The notes beneath the pieces are model-generated. The model ran no database searches. It saw nothing but the letters and a program-made list of their open reading frames with translations, and was not told the origin of the DNA. Shown piece after piece: positions 36,170 through 48,374 of a DNA stretch of 64,000 nucleotides. The stretch's first letter is position 1, and the number at the start of each line of letters is the position of its first letter. The DNA comes from Sminthopsis crassicaudata (taxonomy: Eukaryota). The DNA lies in the NCBI RefSeq assembly GCF_048593235.1, contig NC_133619.1, positions 79,684,454 to 79,748,453 of the forward strand, read 5' to 3'. The position numbers and the translations under genes are program-made.

Positions 36170-37400
36170 TATTGGGGAAAAAAGGAAAAAGGATAGGCTC
36201 CTTAACCACAGGCGGAGGGGGGGGGGGGGCGGAAGGGGAATGTATTTCTGAAATAGCTCAATCTGCTGCAAACACACAAGCAAAGGGAAGGAGAAGGAGA
36301 GAGAAGAGAGGGAACCCCCCAGAGAGCCTCCAGAGAAAGGCCCCAAATCTCCCTTCTTCCTAAAACCTTTAAACTCTTTTTCTTACATTTCATTTGAAGT
36401 TGACATCAGTAGTTTCGTGTAGTTTGAGGCCATATTTTACAGCGCTTGTTGACTTTTTTTAAAGGAAGAATTTAAAGGAGATTCAGTTTAGCTCTTCCTT
36501 TTTTTTCACCCTTCCCTCCCCCGCCTCCGTCCCCCAGACCCCAACAGCATGCCCAGTTGAAGCGAAGCTTTCTCGCTCAAACCCTTAAGGGAGGGTACGG
36601 GGAGTGAGAAAGCGCAGGGCAGATACTGTGCCAGAGCCCACCAAAGGGGTTAACACTAATCGAGAGAGAAAACAGAACAGTATCCCCTCTCTCCCCCATC
36701 CTCCTCCCCCATCTTTCGTGATTACAGTAAACACCTTCTTAATAGATCAAAAGGGCTGGTGGCAAGGCGGCGGGCGGGCGCGCAGCTTACTCACAAAATT
36801 CATTATGGTAATGCGCCGCCGCCGCAGAGCCGGGAGTTTAGCTGAGCCCTCTCCCCCAGCGGCCCACTTTGATCTGCGGCCCCGGCCCACTCCCGATTCC
36901 CGCAGTTAATCTACATTTTGTCGGCGTCAGACTTTTTTTCGGGACTCGTGCCTCAGGATTGCGGAGCAGCCCCGGGATTCGGAAGAGCCTGCTTTGCTTA
37001 GGAGACATCCTCCTCCCCTCTCCACCCCTCCCCTCCAAAGAGCTCCCTCCCCCGCCCCTTTCCTTAAATCAATAAGTCTTATCTGGCCCTTCCCCCCAAA
37101 TCCTGCCCCCCTCCCCTTTTTCCACCCTCCCACTAACTTCCCTCTACAGCACTACCCACCCTACGCCCTCTCCGCATGCTATAATTCTCATCACCGCAAT
37201 GCAGGTTTACCACGACGCGCTATCATTATTAATGATCACAATTACAAAGCGCCCGGCACCCCAAACCTCACCCCCGAATTTACCGAGTGGTCGGGTCTCT
37301 TCGAGCATCAGACGATGCCAGGCTGACGTGGAGAGGCTGAGTCCCCAAAGAGAGAAATTGAGACTCTCCCGCTTGGAGGAGGGAGGTGGGTAGTGAAGTG
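36170..37400. promoter_or_regulatory. CpG island / promoter of a minus-strand gene
   Basis: Abrupt rise in GC and CpG density versus the rest of the window; (GCC)n tracts, GC boxes, G/C runs; free of repeats. Confidence 0.9.
36795..36803 (-). CDS. Putative first coding exon portion Met-Asn-Phe of an unidentified gene
   Basis: Minus strand ..GGCGGCGGCGCATTACCATA-ATG-AAT-TTT|GTGAGTAAG; A at -3; strong donor inside the CpG island. It could instead be a uORF in a non-coding exon. Confidence 0.5.
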
Positions 37401-38541
37401 GGGTGGGGGGGCATCAAGTCGCTGCCAGTGATGTAATTGTAGCACAAGGGCTTTTACTACTGGACCTTCAAGACAGTCTGGGGAAACAGGCAGTCATCTT
37501 ACTGAGTCGTAGATTTGGACCTGGAGGGGACTTTAGAACCCATCTGATTAAAATGTCTCATATTACAGATGAGGAGACTGAGGCTGCTCCAGTACATTTA
37601 ATCAACAAAACATTTAAATTAATTTAAATTTAACTGAAAAATTAAGCTTTTGTATTATGTTGTAGGTATTACTCTAAGCTGGGCGGAGAGCGGAGGGAGA
37701 CAAAAAACAACGACAAACCTATCCCTGCCCTCAAGGAGCTCGTGTTCTAAAGGAGAAAACAACTAGATGCAAAATAGTCCCAATGCAACTTAAAACTAGT
37801 TCCCTAAAACTTCACCAAGACTTGGGACTCTGTACAGAGTAAATGAGAAATAATCTGAAAGGAGAAAGTACTGACAGCTGTTATTCTGGGAGAAGCTCTA
37901 GAAATGACCGAGAAACTGGTTTACTCACATCAGGCTCTTCAGGTACATCTCAGGTACACTTCTTTAGACTACTATACTCAGTATAGTACTCAACAAAATG
38001 GGGAGAAACTACAAAGCTTGCTTCCTCGATTAATGACAAGCTCTTATCTGGTCAGAAGAACATCCTTATGTTCAGTTTAGACTTCTAGATTTAAAACTGG
38101 ATGGGACCCTAGATTTTCTTTAGTCTAATCCCTTCCTTTTTGGGCATGAAGAAGCTGAGGCTGAGGAAGGTCACATATGCAACTAGGTGGTGTAGTGAAT
38201 AATAGGGCTAGACTACTTCTGCCTTGTTTTTACTACCTATGTGAATTAGGCACTTCAGTAAACTTGCATTAATGAACAAAATTCAGCCTCACTTTCCTCA
38301 TCTGTAAAATAAGGATAATAATGGTACCTCCCTTCCTCATCAAGTTCTTGCAAGAATCCAATGGTATAATCTGTGCTTAATATATATTATGCAATGTATC
38401 ATACATATATGTATATATTACACACATATCCCTGTCTCCCTCCTTCCCTTCCTTTTTCCTTCTCTCCCTCCCTTCTTCCATTCCTCCCTGCTTCTTTCCC
38501 TCCCTCCCTTCCTTCCCTTCTTCCTCTCTCTCCCTCTTCTC

Positions 38542-38676
38542 NNNNNNNNNNNNNNNNNNNNNNNNNNNNNNNNNNNNNNNNNNNNNNNNNNNNNNNNNNN
38601 NNNNNNNNNNNNNNNNNNNNNNNNNNNNNNNNNNNNNNNNNNNNNNNNNNNNNNNNNNNNNNNNNNNNNNNNNNNN
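38542..38676. other. Assembly gap (135 N) within a CT-rich simple repeat
   Basis: N run. Confidence 1.
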
Positions 38677-38834
38677 TCTCTGCCTCCTCCTACTACACTG
38701 CCTATCATAGAGTGATTTCCATTTAGAGCAGGAAGGAATCCTAGAGATCATCTATTCAAGTGAAAGAATTGAAACCCAGAAAAAAAGTGTGATTTGGCCA
38801 AATTAATAAAGCTAAAACTAAAACCCAAACTTAG

Positions 38835-39040
38835 GATAGCTACACAGCACAGTGAATAGAGTTCCTGCTCTGGAGTCAGGAAGACTTTTTCTTTGAGTTC
38901 AAATATGGCCTCAGTTACTTACTAGCTCTGTGATGGTGGGCAAGTCACTTAATCTTGTTTGCTTCAGTTTCCTCATCTGTAAAATGAGCTGAATAGAGAA
39001 ATAGCAAACCACTCTAATTTCTTTGCCAAGAAAACCCCAA
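38835..39040 (+). mobile_element. MAR1-type SINE
   Basis: ggagtcaggaagac..gagttcaaat..ggcaagtcacttaa..cagtttcctcatctgtaaaatgagctg..gcaaaccactc..tttgccaagaaaaccccaaa. Confidence 0.9.
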
Positions 39041-39149
39041 AGAGAGGAAGGAGAGAGGGAATAAGGGAAAGAGGGAGGGAGCAAGAGAGTAGAGAAGAGG
39101 AGAGGGGGGAGGAAGAGGGGAGGAAGAAGGAAGAAAGGAGGAAGACATT

Positions 39150-39660
39150 TCTGAACTATAACAACAAAAATCCAATCCCTTTTCAGTATTCTTTCCATTA
39201 TTTTTTCCACTCTTAAACTCTTTCCCAAATTCTTCTGTCCCTCTAGACATTCTGCTTAGATATCCAACCTAAACTTACCTAAACTCAAGTTTAGGTCAAA
39301 CTCAACATCTTCCTCATCAGTTTAACTTTCCTTCTTCATTTGACTATTTCTGCCAATGATTTCATACCTGTTTATTCCTTCTCTTAGGTCAGAACCTAGG
39401 CATTGCCTTTGACCTCTCTCTTTCCCTGTACCTCATATCCAGTTCCCTAGTTTAGCCAGTTTTTTTCTACATAATTACACTTTCCATTCCTTCTGCCATT
39501 ACTATAGTGGAGGATCTTGACGCCTCAAGTATGCACTATTGCAGTGGTAGCAAAACTTGTGTAGCTTCTATTAAGATAGATCCTAATCTGATATATCCTG
39601 TATGCTTCCAGCAGGATAACCTTTTGAGAACAATCTTTTCACCAGATTTCTAGAAAATTA
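39150..39660 (+). mobile_element. L2 LINE fragment
   Basis: Degenerate L2 RT and 3' region (cattgcctttgacctctctc..ctcatatccag..tgcactattgcagt). Confidence 0.6.
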
Positions 39661-39694
39661 CATTCAGATTCCAATAACTCATATTTATATAGAG

Positions 39695-39960
39695 AGAGGC
39701 AGTATGGTATAATACTTAGAGATCAGCTTTGGAGTCATGAAAATCTGTGTTCAAGTTCTATGTAACATCTGTAATATCCTAACTTAACCATGGATGGGCA
39801 AGTCATTTGTCTCAAAATGCCCCAGGCATTTCTTATCTTATTTTCTTACCTTAAACTGCAAGAAGATGTTGATCTGCTTTAGTCAAGTGAAATTTTTAAA
39901 ATTGGCACCCTCTATTGGGAATTCTCTATCTCTATGAAATCATAGGTCTGAAAAATAATA
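39695..39960 (+). mobile_element. Marsupial CORE-SINE with MdoRep1/Mar3-type tail
   Basis: gagaggcagtatggtata..gggcaagtca..aactgcaagaagatgttgatctgc..gggaattctcta..atgaaatcataggtc. Confidence 0.6.
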
Positions 39961-42329
39961 AAAATAAAGAGATTCCTGAAGTTTTTTCTTCACAGTTATC
40001 CTGTGAGATAGGTAATGCTTAATAAATATCTGTTAATTGGCTGACTGTGCTATTCCTCTGCTCAAGAACTTTCAACGACTCTCCCAGTGCCCACAAAATA
40101 AAAACCAAATGTCTTCATCGGAATTCAAAGCCCTAATAAAATCTGACTCAAATCTACTTTTCAAACTAAAACCTTATTCCTCCTCTACAGGAGCTCTTGG
40201 ATCTAGTCAGACTGGTTTACACATTATAATTGAATACATTATCTTAATTATGGAAAGAGGATTGGACTAAGAATAGTCAAAAGATTTGCATTCTAGTGCT
40301 GGTCTTTTTATTGGTTAACTTTATGACCTTTGTCAAGTCCTTTAACTTCTCTGGGCCTGTTCCTCACTTATAAAATGATGGAAATGGGCTTGCGATCTCT
40401 TAGTTTCCTTTGGACTGTTCTGTTATTCCTTTCTGAGGTTCTCCCTCTTGTACTTTAGGATCTCTTTCTATGAGGGACTAGTAGTACTCAAAATAAATGT
40501 TCTTTTGAATGAAATGAAAATCTCAAAAGAAAATTCTGGGAAACTGTACTGTGTCAGGATACCTGATTTAGCTTGAAACTCTAGAGCTATAGAAGGACTA
40601 GAAAAAAAAATTCAAAAGTTTCCATCTCCTGCTCTACCCTGTCACTATCTAGATCTGGTTTTCTAATATATACAACATGTTTTCATTTGTACATATCATG
40701 GGCAGCTGAAACTACATTCTGAAAATGAAGTCATCTTCCTCAAGAATAGTCTTGTTTTGTAACCTTGTTATGAGTACATATCATTTTATTTTTGTACTTG
40801 TAACTTAGCACATTGCCTGATATATAACCTGTGCTTAGTAAATATATTTAGACTGATCTCCAAATTTCTTCATCGCTATCAACAGCAGTAGCAATCTTTT
40901 CATTCTCCACTCCAGTGCTCATTATAGTATTATAAACTATGCATATCCAATTCAATCTGAAAAATGTTTATGAAGTATCTACTATATTCAAGCCACTGTT
41001 ACTAAAACACTGGGGACACACAGATGAAAATGAAATAATCCTTGGTTTTCAAAAGTTTAAATTATATTGGGTAGTTTGAAGAGAGAGAGAATACTAATAA
41101 ATGGGGAAGGGAAGGATCCATACTAGGTGGTACCAGATCAAAGGTTCAAAGAAGATTGGGATGGAGAGAATTTCAGGGAAATTCATTCCAAGGATGATTA
41201 CGGAGTTGTGAGAATCTTAGAGAGGGAATGTCAAGTGCAAAGAATTTAGTGATATATTTGTACAGCACTTTAAAGTTGTCTCATTTAATCTTCACATCAA
41301 TTATTATCTTCTTTTTAAAGGTGAGAAAACGGAGACTGAGAAATGTTAAGCGATCTGTTTAGGATCATATATCTACTAAGTTTCTGAGCCAAAATTCAAA
41401 CTCAGATTTTCCTAACTTTAACTCTTACTTTCCGTCCACAGTACCACCTACTTGCCTGTGACAGGGAGTAAGGTGATATAACTCTGGAAAGATAGACTGA
41501 AGTCACCTTGGGAAGGGCTTTAAATGCTAGGCTGAAATTCAGTGTTTTATCTGAGAGGTAAATCAATTAATCAATAAATATTTATTAAGCACCTACTAGA
41601 TGCCAGACACTAAGCACTAGGGATTTAAAAAAAAAAAAAAGACAGTCCTTGCTCTGAAAAAGCTTACAATCAATCTAAAGAAAGTGGTGAAGGTTTTTTA
41701 GTATTGAGTAATAATTCAGATCTGAGGCTTAGAATAATTATTTTGGCATCTTTGGGAAGAGATTGAAAAGGGGAAAGACTGAAGCAGAGAGACCAATTAG
41801 TTTACTTTTTCACTAGATTTTAAGCAATAATAGTTTTTTACAAGTGGCTATTGAATGAATCAATTGATAACATTTTTTTTTTTTTCTTGCCGCTACATCC
41901 AAATCCTCATCGTCTTACTGATTTGTTTCCACCTTGTATTGGGATTCTCCCTATCTTTATTTTTCCAGTCATTATCATAGTATAGATGCTTGTCATTTCA
42001 CATGTAAACTCCAATATGATCTTTCTTTTCCAACCTGTCCCATTCACAGCTTCCAAAATAGTCTTTCTAAACAACTTTTGTTATTTTTATTGTTATTTCT
42101 CTACTCAGCCACCTAGTGATATCTTTTTGTCTTAAAATTGCATGCCTTAACTAGCCTTCAGTTTTCTGACAGTTTTATCCCTATTATTATTCTCTTTATT
42201 TCTGGATCATTTTCTTTAGACTCAACTCAAGCCAAGCCATCTGCTTGCTCCCTCTCGGAAGAAATGTATTTGTTCTTGTTTCTGTACCTTGGCAGGAATC
42301 ATTCTTTGGACCTGAAATGTTCCTTTCCT

Positions 42330-42667
42330 TCCTTTATGTGATATATCTGCATATACATACAATATAATATACTCTCATGCATATATGATATACACATATT
42401 TATTTACCTCACATAAATATGTGTATGGATATATGTACATATGAATGCATATGCAATATACACACAGGTAAACACATACATATATAACACAACCCATATA
42501 TATGTAGGTTACATATACCTATTTGTGTATATGTGTGTGTGTAGTATGTTTAAATATACACTTACTATATGTATAGTTGCTATATATAAAACTCTATTTA
42601 CATGCACATATGTATATAGACACAATACATGTATATGCATTTGCATGTATACATATATGTGTGTGTG
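42330..42667. repeat. Degenerate alternating purine-pyrimidine (TA/CA/TG) tract
   Basis: Directly visible low complexity. Confidence 0.9.
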
Positions 42668-42774
42668 TTTCATCTTCCTCATAGCTAGGTTCAGAGGTTT
42701 TCTTCTTTGATAGGACATATCTATTAATTTGGTAGGCTGCTTTCTAAATCCTCCATGGTGTCCTTCAACAATTC

Positions 42775-43023
42775 TTTGTTGTTGTTTAGTCATTTCATTT
42801 GTGACTAATTCTCATGACTCTATTTGGGATTTTCTTGACAAAGATACTGGAGTGATTTCCCATTTTCTTCTTCAGTACATTTTACAGATGAGGAAACTGA
42901 GGCACACAGGGTTAAAAGAGCTAGAACTACATAGCTAGTAAGTGTTTAAGGTCAAATTTGAACTCAGGTCTTTTTAACTCCAGACCTAACTCCATATCCA
43001 TTGAATCACCTAACTGCCCAGCA
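42775..43023 (-). mobile_element. MAR1-type SINE
   Basis: ttgttgtttagtcatttc..tttgggattttcttgacaaagatactggagtgatttccc..ttttacagatgaggaaactgaggc..aaatttgaactcagg. Confidence 0.9.
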
Positions 43024-43587
43024 ACTCTTACTGTTCATAAGTTTATCCTTATGGAATAATAGGTCATACAAAAATCATAGATCAAGGTTGAAAAGAACTT
43101 CAAGTCCATTTTCTCGCATCTTTATTTCACAAATAAGAAAACTGAGGCCCAGGGAAGTTAATTTACTTACCAAAGATTATATAGACATTAAATGCCAGAG
43201 ATAGGATTAGAACTGAAGTGCTCTTGACTCCAGGACTAGTACTCTTTCCAATGGACCACATACCCCCAATTACAAAACATTGTCATGACCCTATGAAATA
43301 TGTGGTACATATTTCTGCAAGACATTTTTTTTTGATTCTCACTTAATGCTACTCTGTTCTCTGTAAGATTAACTCTAATCCATCTGTATACATCTTGTTT
43401 GCACATAGCTCTTTGCATATTGTCTTCCCCATTAGATTGTGAGTTCCTTGAAAAGAGAAATTTGTTTTTCATTTCTCTATATTTTCATTGCTTACTACAG
43501 TGTCTGGCACATAGTAGGCATTTAATAAAAGCTTAATGATTTGGCATGATGCATGTAAAATACAAGCTGACACAAAAATATGTATTT

Positions 43588-43766
43588 NNNNNNNNNNNNN
43601 NNNNNNNNNNNNNNNNNNNNNNNNNNNNNNNNNNNNNNNNNNNNNNNNNNNNNNNNNNNNNNNNNNNNNNNNNNNNNNNNNNNNNNNNNNNNNNNNNNNN
43701 NNNNNNNNNNNNNNNNNNNNNNNNNNNNNNNNNNNNNNNNNNNNNNNNNNNNNNNNNNNNNNNNNN
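43588..43766. other. Assembly gap (179 N)
   Basis: N run. Confidence 1.
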
Positions 43767-43968
43767 AAGTAAATTTCTTCATTAGAACTTTTAGCTCCTT
43801 GAGTGCAGGGGCAACTTACATTTGGTCTTTTTCATTCCAAGTGCCTAGCACAGCACATAACACAATAACTGATCTTCATAAATGTTTGCTGTTAATTGAT
43901 TTATAAAGGCACTGCATGAGTTGTCTCTAATTGCCTTAAGATATAGAAAGATTTGCCTATGGCCTTAC

Positions 43969-44235
43969 CCGTGGCAGTCAGAGATTGTAAGGACTGGAAT
44001 CCACATCTTCTCACAAAAAGCCCTTTGTTCTCAGGGATAATCTCCCTGAGTACTCTAAATCCCTCCTTTTGGAGATTTAAGCACTTTCCTCTGGTTCTAA
44101 ATTTAGGGGACCTTGAAGACCACGTGGCTAACACCCTTTGGAAAAGGCCCTTTGAAGATTTGAGTGTTCTAATATTATTCAAATTACTCGCCCGCCCCGT
44201 TAGTCCTCCATTTTGAAGATTGAACAAACTCAAAT
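43969..44235 (-). promoter_or_regulatory. Candidate upstream promoter / first exon (unverified)
   Basis: Non-repetitive island with GC box (cccgcccc 44191-44198), CACGTG (44121-44126), 5 CpGs and a strong minus-strand donor CGG|GTAAGG at 43969. Confidence 0.35.
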
Positions 44236-45002
44236 ACTTAAATCTTACTTCTAAGGTCTTATTTAAACCCTTTAATCTTTTTTTTCCCCTTAGTAGTTCT
44301 CCTTTGCATCCTTTCCCAAGTCTTCATGTCTTTCTTTAGCTATTTTGCTTGGAACTGGTCACACTATTCCTATCAGGATCCATCTAGAACTGAGATTCTT
44401 TCAGTTTCATTGTACAATGCTCCCCCAACTTTCTCAATGTTATAGGAATTCCTGTTAAAACAAAACAGAAAACCACTCTAGTAGTCACATGGCTTACTCA
44501 GTTTATTACCTTTATTTATTTATCAGTAACCCTACTTTCCAACTATTTCACTGTAACTCTTTTTACCTCATTAAACATGGTGAAATTTTATATTTTGCTT
44601 CTGATTCCAAAGGTACTTATTGCTAACTCATATTTATCTGACACTTTAGACTTTCAAATGTTTTTATTTGCTTTGATTCTCATAACAAACCTTTGATATA
44701 AGCAGGCCAGATGTTATTAACCTCCTTTAACAGATAAAGAAGTTGAGCTTCTGAGCAGTTAAATGAATGACGGGAACAGAATTTTGTAGGGCATAGATCA
44801 CAAAGGGGCAAATCCAAGGATGCCCAGAAGTAGTCTCTAAGATCCCTTCCAGATTAATATGATGTGATCCTATAAAAGAAGACCATATCATGGCAGCTGT
44901 TAATGATATGGAACCTTGCAAGATATTCCTCTTTCTAACCAGGCAAATCTCTGAGCTTTACTTACTTTATCTGTTAAAAAAAAAAAGTTTTTAGCTGATG
45001 AT

Positions 45003-45200
45003 CAGTAAGGTCTTTGGTGTCATGGATCCCTTGGCATTCTTGTGAACGCTTTTCAAAATAACATCATTAATGCACAAATAAAATATTTAGACTTACAAAG
45101 CTAGCTAAATATTAATGAGAATTAAAATATGAATTTTTCTTTTCTAATTCCAAGTTTTTGGACCTCCTGAACTCTCTCATGGGTCCAATGGAAAGGGGGA
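45003..45200 (+). mobile_element. hAT-Charlie4-like MITE fragment
   Basis: ggtgtcatggatcccttggcattcttgtgaa..aataaaatatttagacttacaaag; similar to 29150-29335. Confidence 0.45.
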
Positions 45201-45336
45201 AAGATATGTATCTTAAATTAAGAATCTTAGTTCTGTGGGTTGTCAAAGAACACAAGTAGCAAGTAGCAGTATGGAGATTTGAATCCAGGTATATCCCAGG
45301 CATATGCCATTATTAGCTGTAATGAAATGTTCTCCA

Positions 45337-45540
45337 TTGTTGTTGTTCAATCCTGTCTGACTTTGTGATTCTATTTTGGGGTTTTCTTGGCAAAGATAAT
45401 GAAGTGTTTGCCATTTCCTTTTCCAGTTCATTTTACAGATGAGGAAACTGAGGCAAATAGGTGCCTTGCCCAGAGTCATATAACTAGTAAGTATGTGAGG
45501 CTACATTTAAACTCAGATCTTCCTAATTTTATTCACTGAC
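45337..45540 (-). mobile_element. MAR1-type SINE
   Basis: ttggggttttcttggcaaagata..tttgccatttccttttccagttcattttacagatgaggaaactgaggc. Confidence 0.9.
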
Positions 45541-47074
45541 CCACATAATAAGGGTTATATTGTAGAAACCTGAAAGGAATCTTAGAGACCACCTGATCCA
45601 GAATCCCCTTTATATAGAGAGAAACTGAGGCTCTGAGAGGTCAATTAAATTTTATGTAGTCATAAACATTCCAACAGCCTTTTTTTTCCTTTATCAGATT
45701 TTATACAAATATAATCTTCATTTCCATGTCAGTAATAATCAGACTGTAAGTATCAGAGCTGGAATTGGAACCCTCTACCTCTTTATTCCAATCTGTAATT
45801 CTCTCCATAGTACCACACTATTATATCATCCATGGCCTAAATTGGAAGGGCTTTAGATCCCACTGCATCAGTTTCCATTAGAGATGAAACCAGTCCCAGC
45901 CGCCCCTAAGATTCCATGCAGAGTCGGGGGAGGTCAGAAGAGATACAAATGCCAAATGGAATTATGGATTTCTATTTGAATGTTTGAGTCAATCTGTGAC
46001 CGTGTCTCTTTTGTCCTTGTTGAACTCATTTCCCCTGAGCTCAGGGAATTTTGTTTTATTTTTTTAAAATAGATAACACGCAGTGTTGGCTGTACCAGGC
46101 ACTTAATAAATGTTAGTACCTAATATATCATGGACAGCCCTGAGGAGTCTGGGATGGGAGAACAGCTTCCCTGTCCAGGTTTCTTTTGAACCTGCCTGGT
46201 TGGACATGTGGACCAAGGCCAGGTCGGGCAGTTTCCCCTCTTCGGCCTTTGCTGAGAATGGTTGCAGCTGTTTTGGTTGATGAATTTCTTGTGCTCCGGT
46301 TGCACAGGCCCTGGCAAAGGAGATGGGACTGTCTGGGGAATTGATTTAAGAGAAGAGCTGGGAGTCCAGTTTCCAGGGAAGCATTGAAAAGCTAACCCTT
46401 TCATTTTCAACCCTAAAGAAGAAAAGAAGGAAAGTGAAAATGAGACCCATGGCACCCTGTGAGAATCAATCGCAAAGAGGAATATTCAATTATTTATAAC
46501 ACTCTGGCAACCTTTTTTTCCCCCTTATCAAATTTTATACAAATGGAATCTTCCTTTCCACATCAGTAATATCCAGGCTGTTCTCAGGGCTGCACGTGGC
46601 TGGGATGTGGGTGCTCAGCTGGCTGGAGGCTTGTAATAGCTTGGGGTTATTGATGGGTCAGTGTCTACCCATGGAGGCAGATAATAAATGGTGTTCTCTA
46701 GGGGTCAGTGCTGGGCTCATGGCAGCTAATACTCTGGAATGGCTATTCTGGGATGACAGACTAGAGCTTGCAAGCTCCTTAAATTTGCTGAGGGGGAGTG
46801 GTGATAGCCTGGAAAGAATTATGCTCTGAGCTGCAGCAAGGAAACCACCCTCCCCACCCTCCCAACTGAGTTTCCAGACTTGTTCCCTCAATGGGGTAAT
46901 CTTTACTTAATGAAGTCCCAATCCCCCTTTTTCCTTTAGAGAATGGGGATCACTCAGTTGCTACCATGAACTAAATTCTGGCCTCTCTAGGGTATCCATC
47001 ATTTCCTTTCCCCTATAGGGGAATATATATTCTCCTATACACAATTTTAGGCCAAATAATAGACTCATAGAATT

Positions 47075-47420
47075 TGGAATTGGAAAGGACCATAGAGAGT
47101 CAAAGGATCATAGATCATAGCTTCTTTGATTTAAAGCTGGAAGGGACCCAAGAGACCACCTCGTCCAACCCCCTCGTTTTATTTATGAGGAACTGAGATT
47201 CAGAATTAAGTCTCTTAGAATATACATTTAGAGCTGAAAGCAACCTCAGAGACCCTCTGGTTCAACCTCCTCATTTTTACAGTTGAGAATGTGAAGGCCT
47301 GGGAAGATTATATGATTTGCCCAATATCACATAGGTGACTATATGTTAAGGCAATATTTGAACCAAGGTCTTTGGAAATTAGATTCCACACTTTCTGTTG
47401 TACCACACTAATCCCCTTCA
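47075..47420. mobile_element. Cluster of MIR3/L3-tail SINE fragments
   Basis: Three successive 'ctggaagggacc..agag..tccaacccc..ctcatttt' type units. Confidence 0.6.
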
Positions 47421-47629
47421 TTTTGGTCCCAGAGAACCTTGGGATCCTAAGCATTGGTCCAAGATTACACAAGCAATGTGTGGCGGATTCAAGTTTTAAA
47501 CTTACATCTCATGCCAAACCTAGTTCTACTTTTATTACATAATCTACATTTATGTAAACATATTAATATATCCACAAATATAAACATAACGAATACACTT
47601 AAATCTAAATAAATGAATTTATATATAAA

Positions 47630-48260
47630 TATAAATCCTGAAAAACACTTCTCACACTCCTCGAATTCTAGTAGCTCTCTATTACCTTTTCACGAATAAG
47701 TCAAGACATCATCCTTGTGATATCATTGGTACTTTTCAAGAACAAAGGATCATCACCATTGTCAACCATGCCATCAAATGTAAATTCCTTTCTTTGACAT
47801 TAAAAGCTCTTTACAATCTGGGCCTTTATGGTATTTCCAGTTTTCTTAAATATTATTCCTTCTTATATGTCCAGCCATTCTGGCTTACTTGTGTTTTTCC
47901 CACATGACATTTCAACTCCATTCTCCCATGCTTGTGCACTGACTGATCCAGTGACTACAATATTCTTCCTCCTTACCTTCAACTCTTATAATTTTTGGCT
48001 TTGCTCAATACTCAGTCCAGAAATCACCTTCCACAGGAGGTTTTCCCTGGTTTCTCTCAACCCTTACTGGTTCCCTTTGAAAGTTAACTTCTACTTACAC
48101 TATATGGAACTTCTGTACACCTATTTCTGTGTATCATTCCCCCATTAGAAAATAAATTCCTTAGCAGATACTATTTTTTTCCCTTTGTATCACCTCCACT
48201 TAACTCAAGGTTTGCTACTTAGTAAATACATACTACATGCTTGTTGATTATTTGATACAT
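47630..48260 (+). mobile_element. L2 3' region
   Basis: cattaaaagctctttacaatctgg..tccagccattctggcttactt..ccattagaaaataaattcc..tttgtatcacctcc..acatgcttgttgatt. Confidence 0.7.
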
Positions 48261-48374
48261 TGAGTAGAGTAAGTCAATGTGGGATAAAAAGGAATCTGAA
48301 ATGGAGAAGGGAAGGCTTGTCCCATGCAGGCTGTTGGAGGGTGGAAGATGGTTTACATAGAGAAGAAAGTAGAG

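Noticed and set aside
36107-37627. Many overlapping 60-110 aa ORFs in the CpG island
   Set aside because: GC-rich DNA lacks stop codons; the Pro/Gly/Arg-biased products have no recognisable domain.
38373-38751. ORF-track entries spanning the N gap (also 43522-43906 and 51124-51384)
   Set aside because: Artefacts of N runs and adjacent simple repeats.
38835-45540. Oppositely oriented MAR1 copies as a dsRNA-forming system
   Set aside because: The copies are diverged and at least 3.7 kb apart; such pairs are routine at this SINE density.
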